A stretch of 32,000 bases of DNA from contig NW_008806280.1 of the NCBI RefSeq assembly GCF_000400465.1, forward strand, positions 60,001-92,000, read 5' to 3'. A program made the position numbers and the translations under genes. This document shows positions 31,870 to 32,000 of the stretch, piece after piece (the stretch's first letter is position 1; the number at the start of each line of letters is the position of its first letter). Under the pieces are notes generated by a model. That model saw only the letters and a list, made by a program, of their open reading frames with translations. It ran no database searches and was not told the origin of the DNA. Origin of the DNA: Wallemia ichthyophaga EXF-994. Taxonomy: Eukaryota; Fungi; Basidiomycota.

Positions 31870-32000
31870 TTGAATCGTCTGCTCGGTATGAAGATTCAAA
31901 CTAAGTTGAACGGGTAAAAACAAGGCTAGAAGGACTACGATGAAATTATTCAACAAGTTCAACAAGAAGAGGAGTAACAAGAAGACCAAGAAGGGAATAT

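Noticed and set aside
31870-31989. Hydrophobic Leu-rich extension upstream of ATG5
   Set aside because: Non-ATG start in low-complexity sequence; the Atg5 family begins at the Met at 31869.
1-32000. tRNA, rRNA, CRISPR arrays, transposons or LTRs
   Set aside because: No cloverleaf, spaced direct-repeat array, transposase/RT ORF or terminal repeats seen; the context is eukaryotic.

Overview
Gene-dense window of a compact fungal genome with very short introns (mostly 42-59 nt). The gene style suggests a basidiomycete, possibly Wallemia-like (inference only). I rebuilt spliced gene models by hand for 13 intact genes: a 5'-truncated TPT-family transporter, THG1, an ArAE/FUSC-like membrane protein, head-to-head RPS22 and RPS17, an 84-aa bHLH-zipper protein, a beta-TrCP-like F-box/WD40 protein, a Pho80/Pcl-type cyclin, profilin, PEX2, the ~3685-aa HECT ligase TOM1, RAD52 and AVL9. 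ATG5, also intact, is a single-exon ORF. Two sets of signals are invisible in the ORF track. (1) The apparently intergenic 12.6-14.6 kb interval is a head-to-tail array of four highly divergent, damaged profilin paralogs next to the intact gene. Two adjacent copies have complementary lesions and could be spliced into one full-length chimeric profilin. (2) All three long ribosomal-protein introns are strongly structured: an snR44-like H/ACA snoRNA enclosed by a 28-bp stem, a pseudoknot-shaped RPS22 5'UTR intron, and a zipper stem in RPS17 intron 1. I saw no tRNA, rRNA, CRISPR array or transposon. All alignments and folds were done by eye; no search or folding program was run.
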